Below are positions 1 through 11,969 of a stretch of DNA of 64,000 nt, piece after piece. The DNA comes from Psammoneis japonica (taxonomy: Eukaryota), in assembly GCA_008632985.1 (NCBI GenBank), contig QPGO01000026.1, positions 62,001 to 126,000 on the forward strand, read 5' to 3'. The notes beneath the pieces were generated by a model. The model worked only from the letters and a program-made list of their open reading frames with translations. It was not told the origin of the DNA and did not search any database. A program made the translations under genes and the position numbers. Every line of letters begins with the position of its first letter. The stretch's first letter is position 1.

Positions 1-1879
1 GGGTGTTCCAAGACAGGTCCAAATGTCACAGCAAAGTGCGGGAAATTCGAGGCCCACAAATGTCCATCCTCACCCCCATGGATCCATCCTCAAACAGCTG
101 CCTGTGCCTCCAGGAACCACACATCCAGGTTTTTGATGTTTTCATTGTCCTCCTCCTCTTCCTCCTCCTGCATCCATGGTGGGGTGGCTCTCATTGACAA
201 CATGAAGGCCAGTGTTGCAGTGACTCTCATTTGGAAGACACATGTCAAACAAGATGTTGCCATTGCAAAGAAAGTCAACAACAGCCCTGTGGATGTCCAA
301 ATGCACCATCATGTGATGACAATGCTTCTGCTCACCAATGCAAACAAACACCTGAACCCTGTCAAGATCAGGTGGCACAAAGTGGGTGCAAAAGCAACAT
401 GTGTCCAATGCTTGTGGCTTGCCTGACCCAGCTTGCAAAGTGAGGAAATGTTCTTCCAACATGATTTTGTGGGGTCGTCTTCATGCATCATCCCAATGTT
501 CTTAAGTCCTCTCCATTGGCTGGGCACCAAACAAAGAATGATTGACTTCAGAGGACCCACAAGAGGAGATTTTGTGGTGCAATTGGGAAGTTCCGGGCCA
601 CGCACAACTGGGTTGTTCATCCGGGATCCATTGCAGGCAAACCAATCAACAAATGGTTGGAACAAAAACAGATGGGAGCAGATGCTTGAGGAGGTGCTGC
701 TTGGACAGTGACAGATTTGCAAGGGGAGCATCTGGGGCAGAGATGACACTTCTTCAGCTGTTGCAGCAGTGGGAGGCAAAGATGCAGCAGGATCACAGGG
801 GAAAGCTCCTGGAGTGAACAGAGTGGATCCATTCCCAAGAAAGAGAGGTGATGCAGGATGGACCATGGCAGAGCTTGTGAAGTGCTCCATGGAAAAAAAC
901 CACCAACATCAATGCCACTTCAAAAACTGTGGGATGATGTGTCATGATGATCGCCTGCACAAACACAGGGATCCTTCAACAGCTTCATCCCCCACAAAGG
1001 TTGGAGCAGTCATGGGGTGAACCCTTGCAGTGGTGCACTCTCTAGCTCACAAGCCCACAAAGTGGGATTGGCAGCTGTGCCCCCAAAGCAAGGAAGGAGT
1101 GTGGGAGATGCACCCTGACAAAGTTGTTGGAGGCATCCCCCGACATCCCCTGTGGAAATGGGGGCCATGGGATGAACCCTGGCAGCAATGTCACAAAAGC
1201 TGTCAAAAAGCCCAGAATGACTGGCTGCACCTCTTGGAAGCATGGGGGGGGGCATGAGATGACCCCCCTGGCAGCATGGCAGGTGTCTTCTGTGCCAACC
1301 CTGTGAAGTGGTGCTGCAGAACCAAGCTTCCCTTCCCCACCCTTGACTGCATTCTGACCCTGCTTCTTTAACAGACTTGAACATTGACCCATGATGTGTG
1401 GAAAACAGCAAGCACTGTGCAGCAGGTGTTTGGAGATGTGTTGTTCTGCCCACAAAATGAAACTGTGATGGCATCAAAAGCAAAAAATTGTGAACAGAAT
1501 TTCATTTCCCCAATCCAACTGAACAAAACAAAAATTTTGGAACAAACTGTTGAACAGGACATTGGAGCTGCAAATTGAAATTTTCATTGTTGTTGGAAAA
1601 TGACATCACTGTGAGGAAAAAGAAGCAGAAAGTGGTGCAAAGAAAAACAGTGTGTCACCCAAAAAAGGTTGTGAGTTGTGCAGCACATCTGTGTGGAGAA
1701 CATGTGGAGAGGATGCCTGCAAGGAGAATTTGGAAGAATTTTGCCATGCTGCGGGAGTCATGCAGTGTTGTGTGGAAAAAATGAAAGTTTGTTGCATCAA
1801 ATGTGGGTCATCATGCACTTGAGAAATGAAAACCCAATGGGCCAATGCAAAACCTGTGTGGAGCCCGCCTCAACTCTGA

Positions 1880-2146
1880 TGTCAGATGACTGCAAAGTTC
1901 AATTTTGAAAAAAGTTGTGAGAAACTGGCAGCAGCTTCAGTGCACAATTTTGGCGCTCTCACCAGGGGTCATTTTTGAAATGTTCCTGGCATTGTTTGGG
2001 TGCCACCACTTGCAAGGAGAGCCACAGTGGTGGCTTGTCTGTGTGATGGTTTCCACGCACTTTTTGCACTTTTGTGGAGATGGATGAACACACAAAAATG
2101 TGTGGAAACCATGGTGGCAGACAGATTGCCACTGCGACTCTCCTTG
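1880..2146. repeat. Dispersed repeat (second copy at ~14686-14867) ending in an imperfect palindrome at ~2013-2146
   Basis: aaagttgtgaga(a)actggca...caggggtcatttt...ccacttgcaaggagag occurs at both loci. caaggagag...gatggtttc is mirrored by gaaaccat...ctctccttg. Confidence 0.75.
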
Positions 2147-3546
2147 GCTTGCTCCTGTGGACCGCAACGCATTTCAACTGGTGCACAGACAGATTTCTAC
2201 ATGATTTCTGCATGCCTTGTACAAATCATGAAGTCCAGTGCCAAGATGTGAAGGGCGATGATTCGGGAAACTCGGCGCAAGTCAAAAACAAAGGATTGAA
2301 GTCAAAAGGAGGTCTGAAAGATGACAAAACAAACAAAGAGCTGAGCCTGGTCTTAAAAAAGAGATGTGAAAAGACTCTTTGGCTTTGTCTGAATGATTCC
2401 CACAGGGACACGTGGCATTTTTTCATGTTTTCAGACAAACCTGTTTGCGCAAGACTTCTTCTTTGGCACACATTAAATCTCTGCAAGAGACACCAATTGT
2501 TTGTTGCAGACAATTCATGTCAAATGCGCACACTTCATGAATTATCAACCAATGCTTTAAATTCAACGCATGTTCAATGAATGTCCACATGCCCCTGGTC
2601 TGTGAATCCCAGTCTCACCACAGTGAGACCAGGTTTTCAGTGACCCACAACAATGCCTGCAACCTGTCATTTTGCACCTGAGCAGACTGGAGGAGCTAAA
2701 ACATGCTCAAATGAAAGTTTCTGGTGGTTGAAATCATTTGAACAAGAACCTGAAGCAGCTTTCCATGTTGCATCTGGAAGGGAGAGGCATTTTGGGTCTA
2801 AACATGACCCTGGCCTCAGATGTGTGAAACCATGGTTTGTGCTGGAAAACACGCAGAATTCTGCAGGAACAATGTTTTGGAGCCACCTTTTTTTTTTTAA
2901 ATGAGTCATGCATGCTGAATGTTGCATGAGGTGCACTAAAACAATTTTTTTGTGGCATGTGACCATGCTTGTGCAAACAAAGTCCTGGTCTCACATTTGT
3001 GAGACAGGGCGTGGAATGACCCAAAGAATGACTGTGACTGAGTTCTCTGCACTGTCTTGCACAACTTCGTTGTTTGGCAATTCTCCCTTTGTCATGGAGA
3101 CAACATTTCTTTCTCCTTTTGTTGCTGAGACAAAGTTTTGTCGTCGATGACAAATGGCAACAAATGGTGACAAACGGAGACAAATGCAAAAAAAGTCATC
3201 CAAGACACAACAAACAGAGACAACAGAGACAAGTTGATCAAAGCCAAGATGAAATGGGCTCTTTAACTCTTTGCAGTGCCATGCAGTGGCAGGTGGTTTC
3301 AATTTGCAGCTTGGTTGGTGCCGGTGCCATCACATGTCTGTCCATCCCATCATCGATTGATCCGTTGGCTTTGGATGCATCCGTCTGGCAGGTGCCGGTG
3401 CCATTGCATGCTCATCAACCCGCCACCATTGATTGATCTGTTGCAATTTTCCTGTCTGTCTTGTTTGTCTTTTCATTTGTTGTGGTTGTTGTCCTTTGTT
3501 GTGGTTTGCTGTCATTTGTTGTCTGCAGCATCAACCTTTTGCTGCA

Positions 3547-4285
3547 GAAATTTCAACTGGGGGATGTCGCCAACCATTTGGCTGTCTTTGTGCCAAAGTG
3601 GAAATGTTGATTGGCTTGCTTTGGCTTGAAGTCATTTGTTGATTTGGGTTGTGCACTTGTTGTCAACCAGCCACAAGCATGAAATGTTTGCCAGCAAACA
3701 TGAGCTTCTTGCTGTTGGCACAAAGAATCTCTGAGTGAGGTTGGGCCCAAGAATCTTTGAGCATTCTGAGCACACAACCTGAGATGTGCCAGCAACAAGA
3801 CCCTCTGCACAGCCATGCAGCCAGCACCTCTCTCACTCTTCTCTCAAGAGTTTGCTCACAACCAGTGCACCAGGGTCTGAAGCAAGTGGCCAAGCTTGCA
3901 TGTTTTTCTTCTCCCTGGCCCTCCCCAGAAGCCGCCTTTGAGTGAATGGTCACCCTGAAGCTGCAATGTGCACCCACCTTTTGCACCTGCAGCAACCATC
4001 CCAGACCGCAAAGAAGAGACCAATGAATGGTCAAGTTTTGTGTGCATTGCATGGTTGAATCCCCTTCTTTTTTCCCTTTCCTTTTAGCTGGCCATGAACA
4101 TGAAAAAATTGCCATTGGTGGCAAACATTTCATGCTCGTGGCTGGTTAACGACAAGCACATGACCCAAACCAACAAATGACTTTGAGCCAAAGCAAGCCA
4201 AATGGTTGTTGAAATCCCCCAACAGGTGTTTCTATTTTGGCACAAAGGCAGCTAAATGGTTGGTGACACCCCCAATTGAAATTTC
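3547..4285. mobile_element. Foldback/MITE-like element with ~150-bp imperfect inverted arms (3547-3693 and 4119-4285)
   Basis: The left arm ending caaccagccacaagcatgaaatgtttgcca is reverse-complemented by tggcaaacatttcatgctcgtggctgg. Mismatches are mostly TG/CA/CG/TA toggles. Confidence 0.65.
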
Positions 4286-4832
4286 CACTGTGGCACAAAG
4301 ACAGCTGAATGGTCAACGCTGCAGAGTTTTTGGGCATGAGTGAAATCGAAGAGGTGAAACAGGATGTAGAATGTGAAATCACCATTTCATTTCTGCACCA
4401 GTTGACTGCAGCATTTAGATGTTCATTTCAAGGTGTCAATTGGTTTTCTCTCTCTGCTTTCAATGCCTGCAACAATGCTGGTTTTCAGATCTCTGCATGG
4501 GCATCCAATCAAAACGTGCAATGCACACCTTTTGTGGCAAAGGCAAATCACAAATCAACCCATCTGGAATTTGCAGCCTCCTTTCAATCCACACTCAACA
4601 GAGGTGAGCACATGCCAAAGACTTTGGGGAGAGAACAAAAGGCTCTTGAGCACACAAAACAAGAAGAGAGTCAATGCACCCCTCTTGTTTTAAACCTTGG
4701 ACCCAGGGGTGATCTTTCTGCCACCAATCTGGCAATTTTTTCACATTCGTTATCAACCATGCGATGCACACAAAAATTGACCATTCTATGCTGCATGTAA
4801 AAATAGTACGTGGGTGATTGATGCGTTTCTGT

Positions 4833-6404
4833 CTATTCCATTAGGTCTCTACAACTATCAAAACTCAACAGAGGCGTCAGACTGAACTCGTTCGCCTTGA
4901 GTTTGCCACTTTCGTAGACGTCAAACTGACTTGCGTTTGTGCTCCAATCGTACGAGTGAAATTTGACCTTGATTGGAATGCCCGATTGAATCATGCGTTT
5001 CAATGTTTCCGCCTTTTCGCCCCTCAAGAATCGCAATAAGCTCTCTGGCAGTTTTTCCTTGGATTCTGCAAAATCGCTTTGGTACCAACTCATAATCATG
5101 GTGAGCTTGATTTCATTCTTGGCTTCATCAAGAGCGACATTCTCGTCCTCTTCGCAAAACGAAAGAGCAGCAATTCTCAATTCCTCTTCCACGCTTTCAA
5201 CAGTAAAGTCCTTGACGGGCGGACAACTCTTGGCGCCGCAATTGAGAGCAAAATGAATCCGACAATCTACTCGACTCAAAGCAAGACGTCTTCGGGGGTC
5301 GGACGACGAAAACGGTGTGCTGAAACTGTAGGGCGGTTTCGAGTTTGACCGAAGCACTCCATTCTCCAAGTCATTGAACGACAAAACGTCCCCGCCAATG
5401 TTGAATTTGACACCCGAAAAGAAGGAAGCTCGCGTCAAGTTAGATGATGGTATACCCACCTTTATGAACGCGTACTTGATCATAAGATTGTACAAGTTTA
5501 TTCCAAACACGAGCCTCTCCTCCTCATTCATTTTTACCATATCCACTCCTTGCAGTTCGCAGACGGCTTCTTCAAACACGTTGTAATGTTCACTCTCGCG
5601 GGCACCAATATAGTCCACTAGCCCTTTTTCGTCCGTGATGGACGATTCCACCTTGCTCAGTAATTTTTTCAATCGTTTGAGCAACGCCATGGCATTCGGA
5701 TCGACTCGTTCGGTCCAAACACGATGGGAATTGACAATGTCGGGTTGATGAAAACACTGCAGTCGATAATAATATTTTGCGTCTTTGAATTCGTGTTCTT
5801 CACAAACATGATGGAGCAGTTTGGCATCTTGCAGCTGTCGTCCAAACGCAACAGCCTCATCACGAGTATTGATCTGTTCAAAATGCTCCATGAGCGCGGA
5901 AACTCCCTTGGTTCCAACGAAACAGTCCTTGTACACGTGAACCTTGTAGGAAAGATCGTCGCGTGGAAGTACCTTGATGAGTTTCTGCATAATATCCAGA
6001 ACCGTAGTCATTATTCCGTCGGGTAGAGCAATGCTGTTTTCATTGTCACGCGGTGGAGGCTCTTTTTCAACGACGGCCGGACTTGTAGGAAGGGCCAAAC
6101 GCGGGTCCAACGGATCGGGTTTGGATTCAATTTCATCTTTATATCGTTGCAATGCACTTTTTTCAGTATTCTTGTCCCATCCTGTCAATTGAGCAATCGT
6201 TTCATCCGCACCTCCAATGTGTTGTTCATTCCAGAAAACCTGCGGCACCGAGAGACGATCCGTCAGGGACAGCATGTCGTTTCGTTTTTGAGGATGAGTC
6301 GAGAGATTTATTTCCGTAAAGGGGATCTTTCTTGCACTCAAAGCACCCTTGGCTCGCTTGCAGTGTGGACATGAGTCAAGAGAAAAGACAGTGATGCGGC
6401 CCAT
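4833..6404 (-). CDS. Glutaredoxin + DEP + DUF547 domain protein (523 aa)
   Basis: N-terminal CPHC glutaredoxin motif with SVPQVF..HIGG. DEP-like DCFVG...EAVAFGRQL...LHHV...FKD..YYR. DUF547-like INLYN...LENGVLR...RIHFALNCGAKSCPP. Normal TA/CG content, intact ORF. Confidence 0.92.
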   Translation of the reverse strand: MGRITVFSLDSCPHCKRAKGALSARKIPFTEINLSTHPQKRNDMLSLTDRLSVPQVFWNEQHIGGADETIAQLTGWDKNTEKSALQRYKDEIESKPDPLDPRLALPTSPAVVEKEPPPRDNENSIALPDGIMTTVLDIMQKLIKVLPRDDLSYKVHVYKDCFVGTKGVSALMEHFEQINTRDEAVAFGRQLQDAKLLHHVCEEHEFKDAKYYYRLQCFHQPDIVNSHRVWTERVDPNAMALLKRLKKLLSKVESSITDEKGLVDYIGARESEHYNVFEEAVCELQGVDMVKMNEEERLVFGINLYNLMIKYAFIKVGIPSSNLTRASFFSGVKFNIGGDVLSFNDLENGVLRSNSKPPYSFSTPFSSSDPRRRLALSRVDCRIHFALNCGAKSCPPVKDFTVESVEEELRIAALSFCEEDENVALDEAKNEIKLTMIMSWYQSDFAESKEKLPESLLRFLRGEKAETLKRMIQSGIPIKVKFHSYDWSTNASQFDVYESGKLKANEFSLTPLLSFDSCRDLME

Positions 6405-7299
6405 GGTGCATCAACAACCTGCAAGACAAGCAATGTTTGAGAAAGTATGGCACTAGTAGCTCTAGAGTAGAGACAGTCGTCGACACGGAGCAAGTAAACT
6501 ACGAAAAGCGTGGGCATCAAAATGCGTTTCATTGACCACTCAGTGGTTAGGTTGGTGATTGCAGACTTTTTCGTGTCGGTCCGGCAGTCGGGCAGTCGGG
6601 CAGTTTGTCCGAATTTGAAAGTGTGTCCCTTGGATTTTGAAAGGGTATGGGTTGTTTAGTACAAATGGATTCTTCGGATTCTTGGAATTATCATTGAGGA
6701 CATGAGAGGTTGTGGGGACATCCTAAAAAATCGATAAATTCCCTACGACAGGTACGTGGCACGGTTTTTCAGGAGAGCTCGAAAGTTCTCAAAAATTGGG
6801 ATTGCCGGCGTGGCATGTTGAAAAATGTATTCAGTTATAAACAAAGATAATTTATCGTGAATTCTACACGAAACAGTCATATTTGGGAAAACATATCGAA
6901 CAATAAGTGAGTTTGTGCGATGCGCTATTATGGCGATAAATTGGAAAAAAAAGAGTGTCCGTGCACCTCGCCATACAGCCCCAAAAATGGCATGAGACAT
7001 CAAATAACGGTCATCCGCGTCACCGGTGCGGTGGCCACGCCACTCAGCCGCCACAATGCCGGCCCCGGCGGTAGGGCCCTACGTACGTACAGGCAATACA
7101 GCATGCAACGGCACACACCCACACCCACAAAGAAAGACAAGTGGTCAATGCTCCCCGCAGGCCTGGTTTTGCTCGAGGAGTTTTGGAATATAACATGCAT
7201 GACCCCATGTGCAATTTACAATGCCATGTCTGCCTCTGCCAAGGCATCAACATCACAGGCAACGCAGTGCAACACTGCGTGATCGCAGGATTGTGCGCG

Positions 7300-9640
7300 A
7301 CACTCACGAGCAAACAAAGCACACACGCGCTGAGCACGATGATGCATTGAGCGCACTTGACACGGCACTGGATGAAGTCGAGCCAGAACACTCTGACAAC
7401 TCACGATCGCAAATCACAAAACACTTGCTGCATCTCATTTGTTCTTCGATTCACGAATGAAGATGGGCCCACACAGTCAACAAAGAAGCAAGTGCTTTTC
7501 TCCAATTCATTTCGCAAACAACAAATGAGAGGCAGACAATGCAAGAATGGTGCTTGGCATTGTTTCTCTTGTTCCACCACTTTGTGTTTGCTGCGCCCTT
7601 GTGGCTCCAGTCCAGTTTTGGTCTGCTTGCAAGTGATGATGAGATTGCAGTTGGAACTGGCAGCTGTGATGGTTTGACAATGTGCACCTTGACACCAGCA
7701 GAAAGGCCAAGGTTTTGGCAACAAGAAGTCATGCAAAGGGCAGGTGATTGCATGCTCCTGCAGGAGATGGGGTGACTGTGCCCTGAGCTCCCCCAAAGGC
7801 TGCAAGCAAACTGAGTTTTGCAGACCAACATGTGTCAAGACAGAGGGGGTGGTTGGCAAGTGATTGTCAGAGCTTCTGCCCTGAAAAAAGGGCTCTCTTC
7901 AAAAGCAGTGCAGTGCTTGAAATGTTGCCAGGTTCAGGCATGTGCTTGTGCAGCAGAGTGAGCTCCTTGGCAATGTGCTCTTCTGAAAAAGCAGCACAAC
8001 ACTGCCCTTGCTTTGGGTGCATTTAGGATCACACAAAATTGTGGCAAATCAAAAGAGTCATGCTGCCACAAGCAAGACTCATGGACTTGGGGGACTCTTG
8101 CTGACTGCTGTGCACATGACTCAGTGTCAGCCATGACAACGGTGGAAATGGCAACCTTTCCGATCTCAGCTTGCATCATGGTCAAGGCATGCAAAAAATT
8201 GGTCATGCATGCACAAAAGTGCAGTGCTGTTTTGTTGCCCAGAATGTGTGGAAAAACGATGCCAGGTTGATGGGCTGAGAACCAAATGAGTCATGATGGG
8301 ACGAGGAGTTGCGGCACACAGAAGAACATGTGACAACATGAGATCACAAACTGTCAGAGGAGTTGCTGAAAGTGACATGCATGTGAGACTTCTTCCCACA
8401 AACTGGTCACTGTCAGATGACATGAGCGCTGGCAAGAAAAAGCAAGAGAAGCAGATCTCAAGTGAGGAGACCCACTTGTCCATTTGAGATGTGGTTTGTC
8501 AGCAGCTGCCCACACACAGTCTGGCCATGGCACACACACCTTGGGTGTGCTGACAAGTGCCCAGGCTGGCAGCTGCAACAGTGCTTGTGAGCACTGTGAA
8601 GAATTTGCCAGCCAGCATTGCAAGAAAAAAGGCAAACTTTGTAAAATTTGCAGCACTTGAAATGTTGGGAGAGTTGCAAAATCCCATCTCAAAGATGGAC
8701 TGGCCATTTAGAGGGACGATTCTTGAGAAAGTGGTGTGCAAACTGTGCACCCATTTGCCAGCATTAAATGCAGCAATGTTGGCTGGCAAACAATCGCTCT
8801 GCATCACATGCACCAACAGGCAACTGTTGCACAGCTTTTGGAGCATGATGGTGAGAAAAATGCAGATGACAGATGATTCTAACACCAAGACAGCATCAAC
8901 TGCATGTGAGTGACAATGCTTTCTGCTGACTTGTGCAGAGTTGATCAGAGCTTCTGGGTGTGCACACAAACTCCAAGCTGGGGGTGGGCAAACACAAAAC
9001 AAGCATCTTGAGAACAGCACACATTTCTTCCAAGTTTTCAAGGAGCTCCATGTTCTTTGCAAATTTAGAAACTTCCAAGGGTGGCTGCAAAGCACCAAGC
9101 AGCTGCCAGAAAGCACACGCGCCTCATGAGCTGTCACAAAACCATCGCCTCAGAATTGGAAAATGGTGGGCACACACAGGCACACATTTTTGATCATTGA
9201 ATGCCACCACCACCTTTTGCCTGCAGGCCAGTTGCAGTTGGTTAATTGGCTGTAGCGGCAACTAAGAGCTGCTTGTCAGCTCAGCTTTGTTTCTGCACAC
9301 ACCCCTCATGCACGGGGGGCGGGGCGGGAGAGAGCTCCACATTTTGTTCTCTTTTCACAAAAAAGCAAACACTCCCACTCATGCACAAGCTTTTGCAGCA
9401 AGCACCCAGCACTTGTTTGCCTTGTGCGAAAAGCCACATGTTTTGTGCCACGCGAAGATGACCTGCACAACTTTCATCCACAAGCCCTTGGCTCTCCGGA
9501 GCAACACTTTGTTGTGTCTCCCAGAAAGTTTGGCTGTCAAACAACATCAGCCAATGGGGCTTCTGATGCAAAATCTGCGCAAATGCACACACACCCTCTC
9601 GTGGCACCTGTGCAACTTTGAGTTCGCAAGAAAATTGCAG
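7300..9640. repeat. Degenerate TpA/CpG-depleted repeat domain, probably a decayed coding element
   Basis: Abrupt compositional switch at both ends. Tyr-free, Cys/His-rich ORF fragments. Family not recognised. Confidence 0.65.
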
Positions 9641-9986
9641 GAGTTAGAGTTAGAGAGCAAGAGTCGTGTAAAAGTGGCCGACAATCAGAGGCAGTGATGA
9701 AGAATCGATCAGCGCAGTACAATAAAATTTACCCAAACAAACAACTTTATGTTTAATCTGACTATTCAGTAAAATATTAATGTTGGAAACCCACAAACTC
9801 GGATAGTGTTTGTGGTAGTATCAAAAAACAGTACATGAGCGTATTTCAATTTTTCAAATCGATTGCGGCAAAACACATTTCTTTGCCTTTCTGACTACTG
9901 TGGCATTCATCATGGTGGCTTTTCATCATCTTGTGGGGTTTGATGAGAATGAAAGGGACTGGGAAGAGCTTTTCCGAGTACGTGAA

Positions 9987-11375
9987 ATGAGAGGTACGAC
10001 TAGCAGAAGCGGTAAACGTCGCTATCAGTTGGAAAGTAGGAACGCCGCGGCCAAGCCAATCTACAAGAAAGGGAGGTGCCTCGTGACAAATTGGAAGAAC
10101 AGGCCCTTGTCCCATAGACTTGGGACATTTGTCTTCATACTTGCGGTAGTAAACGCTGTCAGTAAAGCCATCCCGCCCCCTTCAGGAACAGAAAGCAAAC
10201 CCATTGCTGTTTCACTTTTTCCAGACGGTCATGTCGAGACTATCGAACTAGTCAGGGAAGACTCTCAGATCAAAACAAGATTTTACTTGTATGACAAGAA
10301 GCAACGAACAAAGATCAAAGAAAAGATAAAGTATGAAGATGAATGTGACCCTTTGTATGCGTGGCAGAAAGAATTTTACCCTGTTTGTAATAATATCCAT
10401 GAAGCGAGTTTTTCTCAGCTGCAACACAATCGACTGAAGCTAGTCGCAAGCGATAGCGATCACGACATTTATGCTGTACAGGGGGCAAGTAAAACTGAAA
10501 GGGTTCTAAAGACAAATAGAATTGTCAGTCCGTTTGAGAAAAACGATATGGTTCGTCAAATCGATGCTACTATAATTGAAGAGAAATCTACTGCCTCGCT
10601 GAACGTGGTAACGACGACTGTGCAAGGTCTCTGTGGGTTTTCATCATTTCATGAGCCCACTATTTTAGAAAAGAAAGAGACGCTCAAGAGCACTTACAAG
10701 AAACTTGATCGACAAGGACGATTGCGTGCTGCTGCTCAGATTTCACGCGGCCTCGCTGACGTTCACACTCTCGGTGGCTCGGAATATTCACCATTCGTGC
10801 ATTACAATGTTACAGAAGCGAGCTTTGTGTATGTGAATGGACAATACCAATTGAATGGATTAGACCAAGGCTTTATGCTTGGTTGGGACAAGAAGCGGCA
10901 TCGGACCTGTAAAGCAAAAAAGAAGGGCTTTGCAAATGTGGTAAGTCCCTCTGAGTTCCAATGTAACCCAAACTGAGAATGCCATCAAATACCTCATTGC
11001 CATCGCAACTTTTAGCTCCGTGCTCCGGAAGAATTCCGAGAAGAATGGAATTTGATTGATGAGAAGGTGGATATTTTTGCTCTTGGTAACATCTTTTACT
11101 TGCTGTTGACAAACGAACAGAAATATGAGGGAGTAGGAGAAAGGGATGCTTTGGGACACATCCTAGTCGGAGATATTCCAAAGCTTCCGGATAACTTGAA
11201 GCGAAATGACGACGCGGCGGTTGTCGCTCTTAAAACTGCCATGCATATGTCCTTAGTGTTGGATCCGGAGTGGAGAGCAAGTGCCTTGCAGATTGCGGAT
11301 TATCTCGAGGGCCAATTGGAAAAGTTGCAGAAGGGTTCCTCAAAACTCCGGAACAAAGTATCAAAGGTAGAATGA
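9987..11375 (+). CDS. Membrane-anchored protein-kinase-like protein, probably a pseudokinase; intron 10941-11015
   Basis: TM segment LGTFVFILAVV, YPVCNNIHE, VLKT, GLADVH. Splicing GTAAGT(10941)..TTTAG(11015) joins FANV to LRAPEE...EKVDIFALG, then P.WR.SA. Start ATG is inferred. Confidence 0.85.
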
Positions 11376-11847
11376 TTTGTATCAAAGTTCTCGCTGCATC
11401 CTGGATTGTTTTGTTAATATTCCCGTACAAGCATGGCTTTGCAATCACAAACTCGCTTATAGGATATAACGCGGCAAAAGTAATAATCGAGAATGCAGCC
11501 TGTGCATACTTCTCATAGTAGACAACTGCCATCCATTGGACCAACGGCAACAGACTGCAAAAGAGAAGGATTGTGAAGCAAGCCAATAGTTCTGGTGGTT
11601 TGAAACATACATCACCGTCAGGACTATACTGTCCATCACAAATGCTAATAAGGAGGAGAGACAGAACAAATCGAAGCGCAACTGGGGTGCCAACGGCGAG
11701 AGACGACATCGTGACCATCGAGCAGGATATGAATGCAGCGGCCTTTATATAGGTAACCGTAGATGACGAGTCATCAGCGACGATTTCCTGGACGACACTG
11801 GAGTAGTTTGGTGGTGGCGTTCTTCTAGGTGCACAAGGAGCCATCAT
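11230..11847 (-). CDS. Hypothetical multi-TM membrane protein; exon structure uncertain
   Basis: 205-aa ORF with several hydrophobic segments in normal-composition DNA. The 3' end overlaps the kinase gene, so the true stop is uncertain. Confidence 0.4.
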   Translation of the reverse strand: MMAPCAPRRTPPPNYSSVVQEIVADDSSSTVTYIKAAAFISCSMVTMSSLAVGTPVALRFVLSLLLISICDGQYSPDGDVCFKPPELLACFTILLFCSLLPLVQWMAVVYYEKYAQAAFSIITFAALYPISEFVIAKPCLYGNINKTIQDAARTLIQIILPLILCSGVLRNPSATFPIGPRDNPQSARHLLSTPDPTLRTYAWQF

Positions 11848-11969
11848 TCATCGGTTCAAAGTTGGTTTTTGCTGCGATCTTCCTTTTACCCGCACTACGA
11901 CTAAGACACGTCGCACTGGCCGGCATTCCTGCAGAGGCATACAGCACCAAGGATTTATAAGGGATTGCT

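Larger units (their letters stand above)
1..4790. repeat. Highly degenerate repeat domain, depleted in both TpA and CpG and rich in TG/CA
   Basis: Almost no TA or CG over long stretches. Many short Cys/His/Gln/Trp-rich spurious ORFs in all frames. Shares a sequence with 14686-14867. Family not identifiable. Confidence 0.75.

Noticed and set aside
1..4800. Many 60-190 aa Cys/His-rich ORFs (also at 7.4-9.6, 12-14.9, 30-35 and 53-59 kb)
   Set aside because: They overlap in all frames, lack domains and are explained by loss of TAA/TAG.
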